From: Planctomycetota bacterium
Lineage (GTDB): Bacteria; Planctomycetota; J058
DNA length: 64,000 nucleotides
Reading direction: 5' to 3'
Assembly: GCA_023954375.1 (NCBI GenBank)
Contig: JAMLIC010000006.1
Span: 82,972 to 146,971, forward strand
A program made the translations under genes and the position numbers. The notes under the pieces are model-generated. The model was not told the DNA's origin, searched no databases, and was given only the letters and a program-made list of their open reading frames with translations. Position 1 is the stretch's first letter; each line of letters starts with the position of its first letter. Below, one piece after another: positions 12,414 through 21,378 of this stretch.

Positions 12414-12771
12414 CGAACGGGAACACGACGAAGGCGACGTGGAGCCCGGTCGTGAGCCCGCCGAGGATGATCCCGATCCAGGCGTGCGCGGTCCCGCCGA
12501 CGCGCGGGTCCTTCTTGACCCTCTGCCGGCCGACGATCCCGAGCACCAGGCCGACGGGCCCGAGGAGCAGCCCCAGGCAGGGGATCAGCGAGAACAGCGC
12601 CGTGTAGTAGGCCATCAGCGCCGGCGGGTTCGACACCGGGATCAGCCCGCCGAGCGGCGCCGTCGGCGCGCCCTGCCCGCCCTGCTCGCGGCCGTCGAGG
12701 AACGACCCGCAGTGGCGGCACTTGATCGCCGCCGGCTGGACCTCCTCGGCGCAGAACGGGCACGTCGTCAT
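12406..12771 (-). CDS. Zinc-ribbon membrane protein (DUF4190-like)
   Basis: N-terminal CPFC...CRHCG zinc ribbon, then two or three TM helices. 121 aa. Confidence 0.55.
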
Positions 12772-12930
12772 GGACCTCTCCCCGGGCGGGAGGGTAGCCG
12801 ACGCGCCGCGCGGTGGGCAAGGGCTGTGTGTGGCTGGGTGACTACCAGGGGAGCGCGTACGGCCGGCGGGGGGAAACGCCGGGCTGCCCGCAAGTTGAAA
12901 CCGCGCGATGCATGGTGCACACTCACCTCA

Positions 12931-13641
12931 ATGAACTCCCGGGCTTCCCGCTGGTTGCTCCTGTTCATTCTCCTCGGCGGTTGTCGGTCGTTCGACAGGC
13001 CGGCGGACGGTCCGGCGCCACGGGAGTCCTTGTTCGGGGAGGAGCTCGCGGCCGACGTCCTGGATGGCGACATCGTCCTGCGGGCGGGCGTCGGCGCGGA
13101 CTCGGATCTGATTCGACAGCTCACCGGGAGCCGGTGGAGTCACTCCGGGCTGATCGTTCGAGTAGGGGCCGACACGTACGTGATCGACAACTACCCCGGC
13201 CGTTCAGGTGGATCGATCGCCCGGATTTCGATCGCGAAGTTCTTTCAGGGGGCCACTGATGGAGGCGTGTGGCGCTACACACCGAGTCGCACCGTCCCGG
13301 CGGGGGCTTCGGCCTGGGCCCAGGCGCAGATCGGGGCAGGATACGAGTTCGACCTCATCGACCGGTTCACGAACGGGAACAGGGTTCAGTACTGCTCCGA
13401 GTTCGTGTGGCGCGCCTACAGGTCTGGGGGAGATGACCTCGTTCCGGCCCCGCTGAACGTGAAAGGGCCGAACCTCGACGCGACTCGCAGGGCGCTCATC
13501 GATTACGGAAAGGCCGAGGCGAGCTTCTTTCAAAGGCCCTTCGTGAAGGCAGAGGTCGACCGCCTGCTCGATGCGCACGACGGCCTCTTCATCGCGCCCG
13601 GCCAGCTGGATTCGGCGCCGCAGACGGACAGGATGCGCTGA
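12931..13641 (+). CDS. Lipoprotein, permuted papain-fold (YiiX/C92-like) putative peptidase
   Basis: ATG at 12931 gives the lipoprotein signal MNSRASRWLLLFILLGGC (lipobox LGGC). GLIVRVGADTYVID and YCSEFVWRAY carrying the Cys match the permuted papain / YiiX family. The track ORF start at 12439 is an artefactual 5' extension. Confidence 0.6.
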   Translation: MNSRASRWLLLFILLGGCRSFDRPADGPAPRESLFGEELAADVLDGDIVLRAGVGADSDLIRQLTGSRWSHSGLIVRVGADTYVIDNYPGRSGGSIARISIAKFFQGATDGGVWRYTPSRTVPAGASAWAQAQIGAGYEFDLIDRFTNGNRVQYCSEFVWRAYRSGGDDLVPAPLNVKGPNLDATRRALIDYGKAEASFFQRPFVKAEVDRLLDAHDGLFIAPGQLDSAPQTDRMR

Positions 13642-13646
13642 ACGAG

Positions 13647-14105
13647 GTGCGAATGACCATCAAGACACGCTCGACCGCGCTCGTCCTCTCCCTGAGCTTC
13701 GTGCTCTCGGGCTGCGTCGACTGCAGCGCGCTGAGGTCATGGCGCGGTGGTGAGCGCGAGACGCCCGTCAACTCCGTGATGGCCCTCCGTTACAACCTCT
13801 GCCAGGAGGACTGGGCCGCCGCGGCCCAGGCGATCGACCTCGGGTCGGAGTTCGTCCAGGCGCGTGGAGGCGACCCGACGAAGGAGGCCTTCTGGCGGGT
13901 GCCATCGCCGATCATGGGCGAGGGCGCCCTGTGGTTCCCGCTCGGTCCCGAAGACGCGGTGGGTGAGGCCCAGCAGGCCGGCACGGAGACGCTCGTGGAG
14001 CTCCGCCACGCGCGGCGCTACGAGAAGGACCCTCGGCCGCGCGCCCTGCTCCTCGAGCAGCGGCAGGGGGGCGAGTGGCTGATCGTGGGCTACCGGAACT
14101 GGTAG
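13647..14105 (+). CDS. Hypothetical lipoprotein
   Basis: Signal peptide with lipobox LSGC. 152 aa. I recognise no domain. Confidence 0.5.
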   Translation: MRMTIKTRSTALVLSLSFVLSGCVDCSALRSWRGGERETPVNSVMALRYNLCQEDWAAAAQAIDLGSEFVQARGGDPTKEAFWRVPSPIMGEGALWFPLGPEDAVGEAQQAGTETLVELRHARRYEKDPRPRALLLEQRQGGEWLIVGYRNW

Positions 14106-14213
14106 TGGAGGGACTCGGCCCGCGGGAGTCGACGCCCTCTCTGCACGAAAGACGCCAGAACCCGGACGCCCGCCGCCCTGGTAGGGGCGTGCCGACGAGC
14201 CGGGTTCCTCGTT

Positions 14214-14285
14214 AGGCGGCACCCGGATTTGAACCGGGGGATGACGGATTTGCAATCCGTTGCCTTACCACTTGGCTATGCCGCC
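14214..14285 (-). tRNA. tRNA-Cys (GCA)
   Basis: Minus-strand sequence GGCGGCATAGCCAAGTGGTAAGGCAACGGATTGCAAATCCGTCATCCCCCGGTTCAAATCCGGGTGCCGCCT folds as a cloverleaf. Acceptor stem GGCGGCA pairs with UGCCGCC. Anticodon loop UUGCAAA gives anticodon GCA. The T arm is GGTTCAAATCC. Confidence 0.85.
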
Positions 14286-14367
14286 GAGACGGCGCGATCG
14301 TATCAGAGGCCCGGGCGGACGCAACGGCGCGAGGCCCGGGGGTAGGATCGGCCGCGCGGAGGTCCCC

Positions 14368-14706
14368 GTGTCGAGCTGCCTCTTCTGCAAGATCGTCGCC
14401 GGGCAGGTCCCGGCCGCCACGGTCCTCGAGACCCCCGACGCGGTCGCGTTCCGCGACATCAACCCGCAGGCGCCGCACCACTACCTGGTGATCCCCAGGA
14501 AGCACGTCGAGGCGATCAAGGACCTCGACGACGGCGACCAGGCGCTCGCGGGGGCGCTCCTGCTCGCGGCCCGCGACGTGGCCCGCCAGCAGGGGCTCGA
14601 CAGCTACCGCCTGGTGGTGAACACGGGGCCCGACGCCGGCCAGACCGTGTTCCACATCCACGTGCACGTGCTCGGCGGGCGCGGCTTCGCCTGGCCGCCC
14701 GGCTGA
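14368..14706 (+). CDS. HIT-family (histidine triad) nucleotide hydrolase
   Basis: CLFCKIV...APHHYLVIPRKHV...TGPDAGQTVFHIHVHVLGG carries the HxHxHxx triad. GTG start at 14368. The track ORF 14260.. includes an upstream extension. Confidence 0.8.
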   Translation: MSSCLFCKIVAGQVPAATVLETPDAVAFRDINPQAPHHYLVIPRKHVEAIKDLDDGDQALAGALLLAARDVARQQGLDSYRLVVNTGPDAGQTVFHIHVHVLGGRGFAWPPG

Positions 14707-14709
14707 GCT

Positions 14710-16512
14710 CTACTCGAAGCGCACCGCGTCGATCGCCACGCTGCGTACGCGGCTGGCCGTGCGCACGACGAGGACGAGGTCGACCGCGCTGACGCGCGCG
14801 CGGTCGAAGCCGGCGTCGCCCGAGACGGCCATGCCGCCCAGGTCGACGTGCACGTCGAGGAAGCGCCCGTGCGGCGAGCGGCCGTCCCACACCGGCAGGC
14901 TCCCGCCGGGGACGCTCGGCTCGTGCACGCGCGCCCAGGCCTGGCCGCCGGCCGCGTCGACGAGCCGCACCCACAGGCCCAGGCCCGACCAGCCGTGGTT
15001 CGACGTCTGCAGCGCGCGCAGGACCAGGCGCCGGTGCCCGCGCGTGTCCACCGGGGCGTCGCTCGCCATGCGCCACACCGACTGGGCCGCGGTCGGCGTG
15101 AGGAGCGTGTGCCGGAGCGCCAGCGTGGGGAAGCCCGCCATGTCGGGGTAGACGCTCTGCTCGTGGCGGCGCAGGTCGAGGACGAGGTTGCGCCCGAGCA
15201 GGTTTCGCGACGCGTCGCGGTCCTGCGCGTCCTCGACCAGGAGCGTACGCGCGCTCGGGCTCCAGGCGGCCACGGCGTAGGCGCCCGAGCCCTGGTGCGC
15301 CGGGCCGTAGAGCCGCGCGTCGAGGTCGGCCTCGCCGTGCGCCCAGCGGCGCACGAAGCACACGATCCAGTCGGCCACGCGCGCCGTCTGCTGGGCCCGC
15401 GTGATCCGCGCCGCCCCCTCGGCCGGGTGCGCGTCGGAGATCAGGTTGTGCACCCCGCCCCAGAGCGTCACCTGCGTCGTCGGCCCGGCGGCGCGGTCGA
15501 TGAGCTGGTCGGCGATCGGGAAGGTGAGGTCGCCGTCGTTCTCGGCCGCGATGATCAGGCTCGGTGTCCGCGGCTGCTGGTCGAAGATCGGGTAGGCCGG
15601 GGCCAGCCCCGGGGGCGCGGTCTCGGGGAAGTAGCGCAGGTCGAACGCCATCAGGTAGATCACGCCGCGCAGGCGCAGCTCGAAGCTCCGCTGGTGGCTG
15701 GCGTGGACCGCGCCGCCGCCGCGGCTGTGGCCGGCGAAGAACAGCGCGCCCTCGTCGAACGCGCCGCCGAGCGGGTCGGCGGCGTCGCTCGAGCGCGCGA
15801 GCAGCAGGTCGGTCACGCCCTCGACCACGCCGGACGCCGACTGCATGCCGAGCTCGGCCCGGTCCTGGTCGTACTCGCGGTCACCCGCGTTGAAGCTGTG
15901 GCCGGCGAACGACAGCCGGTCCTCGATGCTCGCCACGGCGACGCCGTGCGAGGCGATCAGCCGGTGGAAGGCGTTGTAGCTGTCGTGGTCGAAGCCGCGC
16001 CCGCGGTGGAACAGGAGCAGCGGCGCCGGCCGGCCGAGCCCGACCGGGAGGGTCAGCCGCACGCGCGTGCGCACGAGGCGCTGGTCGAACGTGCTGCGCA
16101 CGTCGACGCGCAGGTCCTGCTGCGTCGTCGTGTGCGGGCCGCTCGTCTCGAACAGGCGCGGCGCGGCGGCGAGGTCGCGCTCGTCGGCGTCGCGGACGGT
16201 CGCCTGGACGCGCACCGGGTAGGTCACGCCGCTCGCCTCGCGGGCCTCGAGCACCGCCTCGAACACGCCCCGCTGCGCGGGCGTGCCCTCGACCTGCCCG
16301 GCGGCGGCGAGCCGCAGCCCCTGCGGGAGGCGGCCCGACACGAGGCGATAGGTCGCGCCGCGCGGGAGGGCGTCGCTGAACGCCTGGCCCACGTGGCCGA
16401 CCCGCAGCGGCCAGAACGGCCCCGGGTCGACCGGCGGGACGGTGCGCGCGCGCGGCGCGCCCGCGAGCGCGAGGAGGACGGCGGTCACCCAGATCAGCCG
16501 GCGAGATACCAC
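14710..16512 (-). CDS. Secreted alpha/beta-hydrolase (esterase/lipase-like) with extra C-terminal domain
   Basis: Signal peptide MVSRRLIWVTAVLLALAGA. Nucleophile elbow FFAGHSRGGGAV (GxSxG). 600 aa. Confidence 0.7.
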   Translation of the reverse strand: MVSRRLIWVTAVLLALAGAPRARTVPPVDPGPFWPLRVGHVGQAFSDALPRGATYRLVSGRLPQGLRLAAAGQVEGTPAQRGVFEAVLEAREASGVTYPVRVQATVRDADERDLAAAPRLFETSGPHTTTQQDLRVDVRSTFDQRLVRTRVRLTLPVGLGRPAPLLLFHRGRGFDHDSYNAFHRLIASHGVAVASIEDRLSFAGHSFNAGDREYDQDRAELGMQSASGVVEGVTDLLLARSSDAADPLGGAFDEGALFFAGHSRGGGAVHASHQRSFELRLRGVIYLMAFDLRYFPETAPPGLAPAYPIFDQQPRTPSLIIAAENDGDLTFPIADQLIDRAAGPTTQVTLWGGVHNLISDAHPAEGAARITRAQQTARVADWIVCFVRRWAHGEADLDARLYGPAHQGSGAYAVAAWSPSARTLLVEDAQDRDASRNLLGRNLVLDLRRHEQSVYPDMAGFPTLALRHTLLTPTAAQSVWRMASDAPVDTRGHRRLVLRALQTSNHGWSGLGLWVRLVDAAGGQAWARVHEPSVPGGSLPVWDGRSPHGRFLDVHVDLGGMAVSGDAGFDRARVSAVDLVLVVRTASRVRSVAIDAVRFE

Positions 16513-17117
16513 CCGTCACCTCGCTTCCGCAGTCGAATCAGGTAGGCGCCGGCGGCGCCGCCCACGTGGATGCGGAGGCGCGCCTCGTCGGGCGCGGGCC
16601 CGGGCTCGACCGTCACCTCGCCCAGGCGCGCGGCGCCCGCCACCCGCCGCCAGTAGGGCTGGACGGCCGGGGCCAGGAAGCGCCGCTCGGCGTCGAGCGC
16701 GTCGTCCTCGTCGAGCGTCGGGCGCTCGCCGCCGGGTCGCGACAGGCGCGCGAGCGCCGCCACGTCGGCGGCCGCCAGGGCCTCGAGGGCGCTGCCCAGG
16801 AGCGTCGTCGGCGTCGTGCGGTCGATCGGGCGCGTCGACTCGGCGATCGCCGGCGCGGGCCGCCCGAACGCGGCCACCGGCCCCGCCTCGTCGAGGCCGT
16901 CGAAGCCGCCGATGGGGCCGGGCAGCGCGAGGCGGTCGAGGCCCTCGGCCGCCACCTGCTCCAGCCACTCGCGCCGGTCGGCGTCCGTCGCGGCCGCGGC
17001 GATCGACCCGATCGGCGCCAGGTCGCCGGCCGGAGCGTCGCGCTCCGCGTCGCCGCCGCACCCGGCGACGAGCAGGCCCAGCCCGAGAACGAGTGCTGCG
17101 CCGCGGCGCCCCCGCAT
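16494..17117 (-). CDS. Hypothetical lipoprotein
   Basis: MRGRRGAALVLGLGLLVAGC with lipobox LVAGC. The 3' end overlaps the hydrolase start by 19 nt. Confidence 0.5.
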   Translation of the reverse strand: MRGRRGAALVLGLGLLVAGCGGDAERDAPAGDLAPIGSIAAAATDADRREWLEQVAAEGLDRLALPGPIGGFDGLDEAGPVAAFGRPAPAIAESTRPIDRTTPTTLLGSALEALAAADVAALARLSRPGGERPTLDEDDALDAERRFLAPAVQPYWRRVAGAARLGEVTVEPGPAPDEARLRIHVGGAAGAYLIRLRKRGDGWYLAG

Positions 17118-17267
17118 CCTGCCTCCGGCGGGGTCGGGCAGCAAACCGACGCCCCGAGCGTAACTCGCTCCCGGTCAGCCGGTTGGACACGGCCGTGACG
17201 GCGGATCGCGGGATCCGGGAAAGCGGAAGGCGGAAGGACGTGCGCAGCGCGTCAACGCAGTGAACAG

Positions 17268-17417
17268 CTACTCGCGCCAGATCAGGTCCAGCGTGCTCAG
17301 CGTCTCGGCCACCGCCTGCCGGCGCAGCTCCGCCAGCACGTGCTCCCACCCGTCGTCGCTCCGGGCCAGCGAGAGGTCGAAGCGCTTCGTCGGCTCGTCG
17401 TCGGTCGCCACGGCCAT
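17268..17417 (-). CDS. Possible small protein (49 aa)
   Basis: ATG preceded by a GGAGG-like RBS (ccggagggtgatcccgATG). MAVATDDEPTKRFDLSLARSDDGWEHVLAELRRQAVAETLSTLDLIWRE. GC3-rich. No homology recognised. Confidence 0.3.
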   Translation of the reverse strand: MAVATDDEPTKRFDLSLARSDDGWEHVLAELRRQAVAETLSTLDLIWRE

Positions 17418-17544
17418 CGGGATCACCCTCCGGCGGGCCCGTGGTGCACGGCGCGGGCCGGCGGAACCCCTTGCCCGGTGGACCGCTCTCGTCGCCTCGG
17501 CCCGGCGGGTCGGGCAGGACCTGCCCGCGACCGGCGGCCGGACC

Positions 17545-17868
17545 TTACACGACGCCGAAGCCGGCGCGCTTCAGGCGCTCGACGACCTTCGCGAGGTGCC
17601 GCCCCTGCACCTCGACCGCGTCGCCCTCGGCCGTGCCGCCCGCGCCGCAGTGGGCCTTGAGGTCCTTGGCGAGGGCCTTGAGGTCGGCCTCGGTCATCCG
17701 GAAGCCGCTGGCGACCGTGACGATCTTGCCCTGGGCGCGCTTCTCCTCGCGCACGCGGATCCGCTGCTCGGACGGCGGGGCCGTCCACCCGGGCCGCTTC
17801 TTGTCCGGCTGCGCGCCGCCCGCCGGGATGAGCTCCCAGCCGTCGCCGCGGGTGATCTTCTTGGCCAT
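17545..17868 (-). CDS. yciH: Translation initiation factor SUI1/YciH family
   Basis: KIVTVASGFRMTEADLKALAKDLKAHCGAGGTAEGDAVEVQGRHLAKVVERLKRAGFGV is the SUI1 fold signature. 107 aa. It sits at the 3' end of a spurious 673-aa antisense track ORF. Confidence 0.8.
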   Translation of the reverse strand: MAKKITRGDGWELIPAGGAQPDKKRPGWTAPPSEQRIRVREEKRAQGKIVTVASGFRMTEADLKALAKDLKAHCGAGGTAEGDAVEVQGRHLAKVVERLKRAGFGVV

Positions 17869-17967
17869 GACTTCAACATACCCGCGAGGGACGTCACCGG
17901 GACGCCACCCCCGAGGAGACCGGCCTGGGAGGCCGATTCTGCTAGACTGAAGGTCCTGGGGGTCCGT

Positions 17968-18915
17968 GTGAGCGAGCAAAACGGCAAGACCGTCCACGTC
18001 GTGGGCGTCCCGCTGGACCACGGGGCCGGGCGGCGCGGCGTCGGCATGGGCCCCTCGGCCCTGCGCATCGCGGGGCTGCACGACGCCCTGCAGCGCATCG
18101 GCCTGCAGGTCGAGGACCACGGCGACGTCACGATCCCTGCGCCCGAGACCTGCCCGCCGGGCGACCCGCGCGCGAAGTACCTCCCGCTCGTCTCCCGCGC
18201 CTGCAGCGAGGTGTGCGCCGAGGTGCAGACGATCCTCGAGCGGCGCGGGATCCCGCTCGTGATCGGCGGCGACCACGCGATCGCGATCGGCACCATCTCC
18301 GGGATCGCCGCCCACCTGCAGCAGGCCAAGGGGCGCGCGCAGGGCGGGCCGGCGGGGCGGCTGGGGGTGATCTGGTTCGACGCCCACGGCGACATCAACA
18401 CCCCCGAGACCTCGCCCTCCGGGAACATCCACGGCATGCCGGTGGCGTGCCTCCTCGGCCAGGGGCCGGGCGAGCTGACGGCGATCGGCTACCCGGGTCC
18501 GAAGGTGCTCCCCAGCCGCATGGCGCAGATCGGGCTGCGCGACCTCGACGAGGTCGAGCGGCGCGCCCTGCGCGACTCGGGGATCCACGCGTTCACCATG
18601 GAGGACATCGACCGCCGCGGCATGGCGTCGGTCATGGAGCAGGCGGTCGAGCTCATCATGGACGAGACCGACCACGTCCACGTGAGCTTCGACATCGACT
18701 CGGTCGACCCGCAGGTGGCGCCCGGCACCGGCACGCGCAAGATCGGCGGCCTGACCTACCGCGAGGCGCACCTCGCGATGGAGATCATCGCGGAGACGGG
18801 CCGGCTCTGCAGCATGGAGATGGTCGAGGTCAACCCGATCCTCGACGTGCAGAACCAGACGGCCGAGCTGGCCGTGGGCCTGATCGCCTCGGCCCTCGGC
18901 AAGCGCATCCTGTAG
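17968..18915 (+). CDS. rocF: Arginase / ureohydrolase family
   Basis: GGDHAIAIG, DAHGDINTP, SFDIDSVDP and EVNP Mn-binding motifs. GTG start at 17968. The track ORF 17260.. carries a long artefactual N-terminal extension. Confidence 0.85.
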   Translation: MSEQNGKTVHVVGVPLDHGAGRRGVGMGPSALRIAGLHDALQRIGLQVEDHGDVTIPAPETCPPGDPRAKYLPLVSRACSEVCAEVQTILERRGIPLVIGGDHAIAIGTISGIAAHLQQAKGRAQGGPAGRLGVIWFDAHGDINTPETSPSGNIHGMPVACLLGQGPGELTAIGYPGPKVLPSRMAQIGLRDLDEVERRALRDSGIHAFTMEDIDRRGMASVMEQAVELIMDETDHVHVSFDIDSVDPQVAPGTGTRKIGGLTYREAHLAMEIIAETGRLCSMEMVEVNPILDVQNQTAELAVGLIASALGKRIL

Positions 18916-18954
18916 CGGCTCGCGCGCGCGCCGCCGTCGCGTCATCGTGCGGGC

Positions 18955-19431
18955 ATGTCCGACCACCCGGGCTCCCTCGAGTGCCTGCGCTGCGGGGCCA
19001 CCAACGACATCGAGGCGGAGAGCCTCCACGACACCCACCGGCCCGCCTGCTGGTCGTGCGGCGGCGCCGAGCTGCGGCGGGTGACCGGCCCGCGCCGCGC
19101 GCCGGCGCCCGCGCCCGCCGTCGAGCACGACGACCTCCGGCTCGACGCCTTCCCGCCCGGCGCCGAGCCCGTCGACGCCGAGGGGTTCCTCTGGCGCGGC
19201 CACTACCGGGCCGCCTCGGGTGACCTCGGCGGCGCGCTCGCCGACGCCGTGCGCGCCGTCGGCCTCGACCCGTTCCTGGCGCCGGCGTGGCTCCTGCGCG
19301 GCGCCGTGCGCCTGCGCCAGGGCGACCGCGGCGGGGCGGCGAGCGACCTCGAGACGTTCCTGCGCCTTGCGCCCGAGCACCCGCAGGCGGCGCGGACGCG
19401 CGAGAAGCTCCTCGACCTGCGAGGGCGGTGA
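18955..19431 (+). CDS. Hypothetical protein with N-terminal zinc ribbon and TPR-like C-terminus
   Basis: CLRCG...CWSCGG zinc ribbon. Two TPR-like helices (WLLRGAVRLRQGDRGGAASDLETFLRLAPEHPQA). Confidence 0.45.
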   Translation: MSDHPGSLECLRCGATNDIEAESLHDTHRPACWSCGGAELRRVTGPRRAPAPAPAVEHDDLRLDAFPPGAEPVDAEGFLWRGHYRAASGDLGGALADAVRAVGLDPFLAPAWLLRGAVRLRQGDRGGAASDLETFLRLAPEHPQAARTREKLLDLRGR

Positions 19432-19438
19432 GCCCTCG

Positions 19439-19620
19439 GAGCTCGAGAAGACATCGCTGCGCGATGTCTCTCGAGCTCTGACCTGCGATGAGTGATGCGC
19501 TCGCGAGGGCGCGATCGGAGCAAGTCCCGGACTGGCACGATCTGGCCCGTTCCGCGCCTCCCACACGCTGCGCTTTGGCGGTCGAGCAGGTGCAGCGGAA
19601 CGAAGAGTTCTCGAGCTCTC
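19439..19620. repeat. Copy B of the dispersed MITE-like repeat, with terminal inverted repeats and an internal hairpin
   Basis: Left end ggagctcgagaag and right end gttctcgagctctc form inverted repeats (GAGCTCGAGAA). A 40-nt near-perfect palindrome gagctcgagaagacatcgc/tgcgcgatgtctctcgagctc is present. The core gcgctcgcgaggg-cgcgatcggagcaagtcccggactggcacgatctggcccgttccgcgc is about 95% identical to copy C. Confidence 0.65.
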
Positions 19621-20401
19621 AGGACGCCTTCGGGTCGGCCTTCGGGTCCGCCCGGGGCGGACGGACGGCGTGGCGCGCCAGCGCGGCCTCGACCCGCGCG
19701 GCGAGCTCGACGACCTGGTCGCGGCGCCGGCGGGCGAGCGCGCCGACCAGGGCGCGCAGGCCGATCAGGAAGAGGGCCGTGAAGCCGATGCCGAGCCCCA
19801 CGAGCCAGGGCAGGTCCTTGACGACCCCCCACACGAGCGGGTGGACCAGCAGGTTGACGCCGAGGCCGCCGCCCAGGCCGCCCCAGAGGCCGCCGACGAG
19901 GTTGCCAAGGCGCTCCTCGACCTCGAGCGTCGTCGCGCCGTCGCGCGACGCCACGACGAGGGTGAGATCACGGCCGCCGCGGGACCCCGGCGCGTGACGC
20001 CAGGTGAGGGTGCGGCCCACCCGGGAGGTGTGGCCCGGGTCGCCGAGGACGCGGCGCGCCGCCTCGACCGCCTCCTCGTCGACCTCGGGGCCGACCTCCC
20101 CGAGCACCGTCCGGACGACGCGCAGGCGGAGCGGCGCGCCCAGGAGGCGCTCGACGACGCCCGGCGCGGGCTCGTGCGGCTCCGCCGCCCGGACGGGCGC
20201 CGACCCGGCGCGCGCCAGCGCCTCGGCCGCGCCGCACCCGCCGCAGCGCCCCGACTCCGTCCAGCAGGCCGCGTGGTGCCGGGCGAGGCAGCGGGCGCAC
20301 GCCAGCCAGTCCTGCGCCTCCACCGCCACGTCGTCGTGGCAGTAGGGGCACCGCAGGGCGCTCTGCCCGACGCGCACGCGCTCCTTGGCGTCACCGTCCA
20401 T
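19619..20401 (-). CDS. Hypothetical zinc-ribbon membrane protein
   Basis: CPYCH...CARC...CGGCG zinc-binding N-terminus. C-terminal TM helices (VNLLVHPLVWGVV..LVGLGIGFTALFLIGLRALVGAL). Confidence 0.45.
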   Translation of the reverse strand: MDGDAKERVRVGQSALRCPYCHDDVAVEAQDWLACARCLARHHAACWTESGRCGGCGAAEALARAGSAPVRAAEPHEPAPGVVERLLGAPLRLRVVRTVLGEVGPEVDEEAVEAARRVLGDPGHTSRVGRTLTWRHAPGSRGGRDLTLVVASRDGATTLEVEERLGNLVGGLWGGLGGGLGVNLLVHPLVWGVVKDLPWLVGLGIGFTALFLIGLRALVGALARRRRDQVVELAARVEAALARHAVRPPRADPKADPKAS

Positions 20402-21378
20402 CGCGCGCCCCCGGGAGGTTCACGCAGGTCCGCGGCGGCCGCCCCTCGAGGAGGTCGAGCACGTTGTCGACCGCGAGGTCGCCCATGGCGGTGCGCACCT
20501 CGTGCGTCGCGCTGCCGACGTGCGGGAGGAGGACCACGTCGTCGCGCGCCGCGAGCCCCGGCTCGAACAGCGGCTCGCGCTCGGTGACGTCGAGCCCCGC
20601 GCCGGCGATCCAGCCGGCCTCGAGCGCGCGCACGAGCGCCGGCTCGTCGACGAGCGGGCCGCGGGCGGTGTTGATGAGGAAGGCGGTGGGCTTCATCGCC
20701 TGGAGCCGCGCCGCGTCGATCAGGTGGCGCGTGTCGGGCCGGAGCGGGCAGTGGAGGCTCACGACGTCGGCCTCGCCGAGGAGCCGCTCGAGCGCGACGT
20801 GCTCGGCCGCGACCTCGGCCGCGACCGGCTTCGGCGCCGGCGACGCGTAGACGACCTTCATGCCGAACGCCCGCGCCCGGCGGGCGACCGCGGCGCCGAT
20901 CCGCCCCAGGCCGACGACGCCGAGCGTCTTGCCGGTGACCCCGTGGCCGAGGAGGAAGGTGGGCGACCAGCTCCGGTAGCCGCCCCGGCGCATGAGCCGG
21001 TCGCCCTCGACCACGCGCCGGGTGACGGCCAGGAGCAGCGCCCAGGTGAGGTCGGCCGTGGCCTCGGTGAGCACGCCGGGGGTGTTCGAGACGAGGACCC
21101 CGCGCGCCGTGCACGCGGCCACGTCCACGTTGTCGAGCCCGACGGCGTAGTTGGCCACGAGCGCGAGCCCCGGCCCGGCCGCGGCGAGCAGCTCCTCGTC
21201 GACGCGGTCGACGAGCTGCGTGAGGAGCGCCCGGCAGCCCGCGGCGGCGGCGAGGAGCTCGGCCCGGGACATCGGCCGGTCGTCGCGATGAAGGCGCAGG
21301 TCGGTGACGAGCCCGGACGCGGCGAGGCGCTCGACCGGGCCGGGCGGGAGCGCGCGCGTGACGAGGACGGCGCTCACG
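20391..21378 (-). CDS. D-isomer-specific 2-hydroxyacid dehydrogenase (glyoxylate/hydroxypyruvate reductase-like)
   Basis: Rossmann motif GVVGLGRIGAAVARRA, and the catalytic Arg-Glu-His arrangement (NTARG...E...LLPHVGSAT). GTG start overlaps the glycerate kinase stop (GTGA). Confidence 0.8.

Noticed and set aside
12439-13641. 400-aa ORF as one protein
   Set aside because: The N-terminal 164 residues are Arg/Pro-rich and antisense to the zinc-ribbon membrane gene. A clean lipoprotein signal peptide starts at ATG 12931.
17260-18915. 551-aa ORF as a full-length arginase
   Set aside because: The first 236 codons are low-complexity sequence overlapping the minus-strand SUI1 gene and a small ORF. 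Arginase homology begins at the GTG at 17968, which is preceded by a divergent promoter region.
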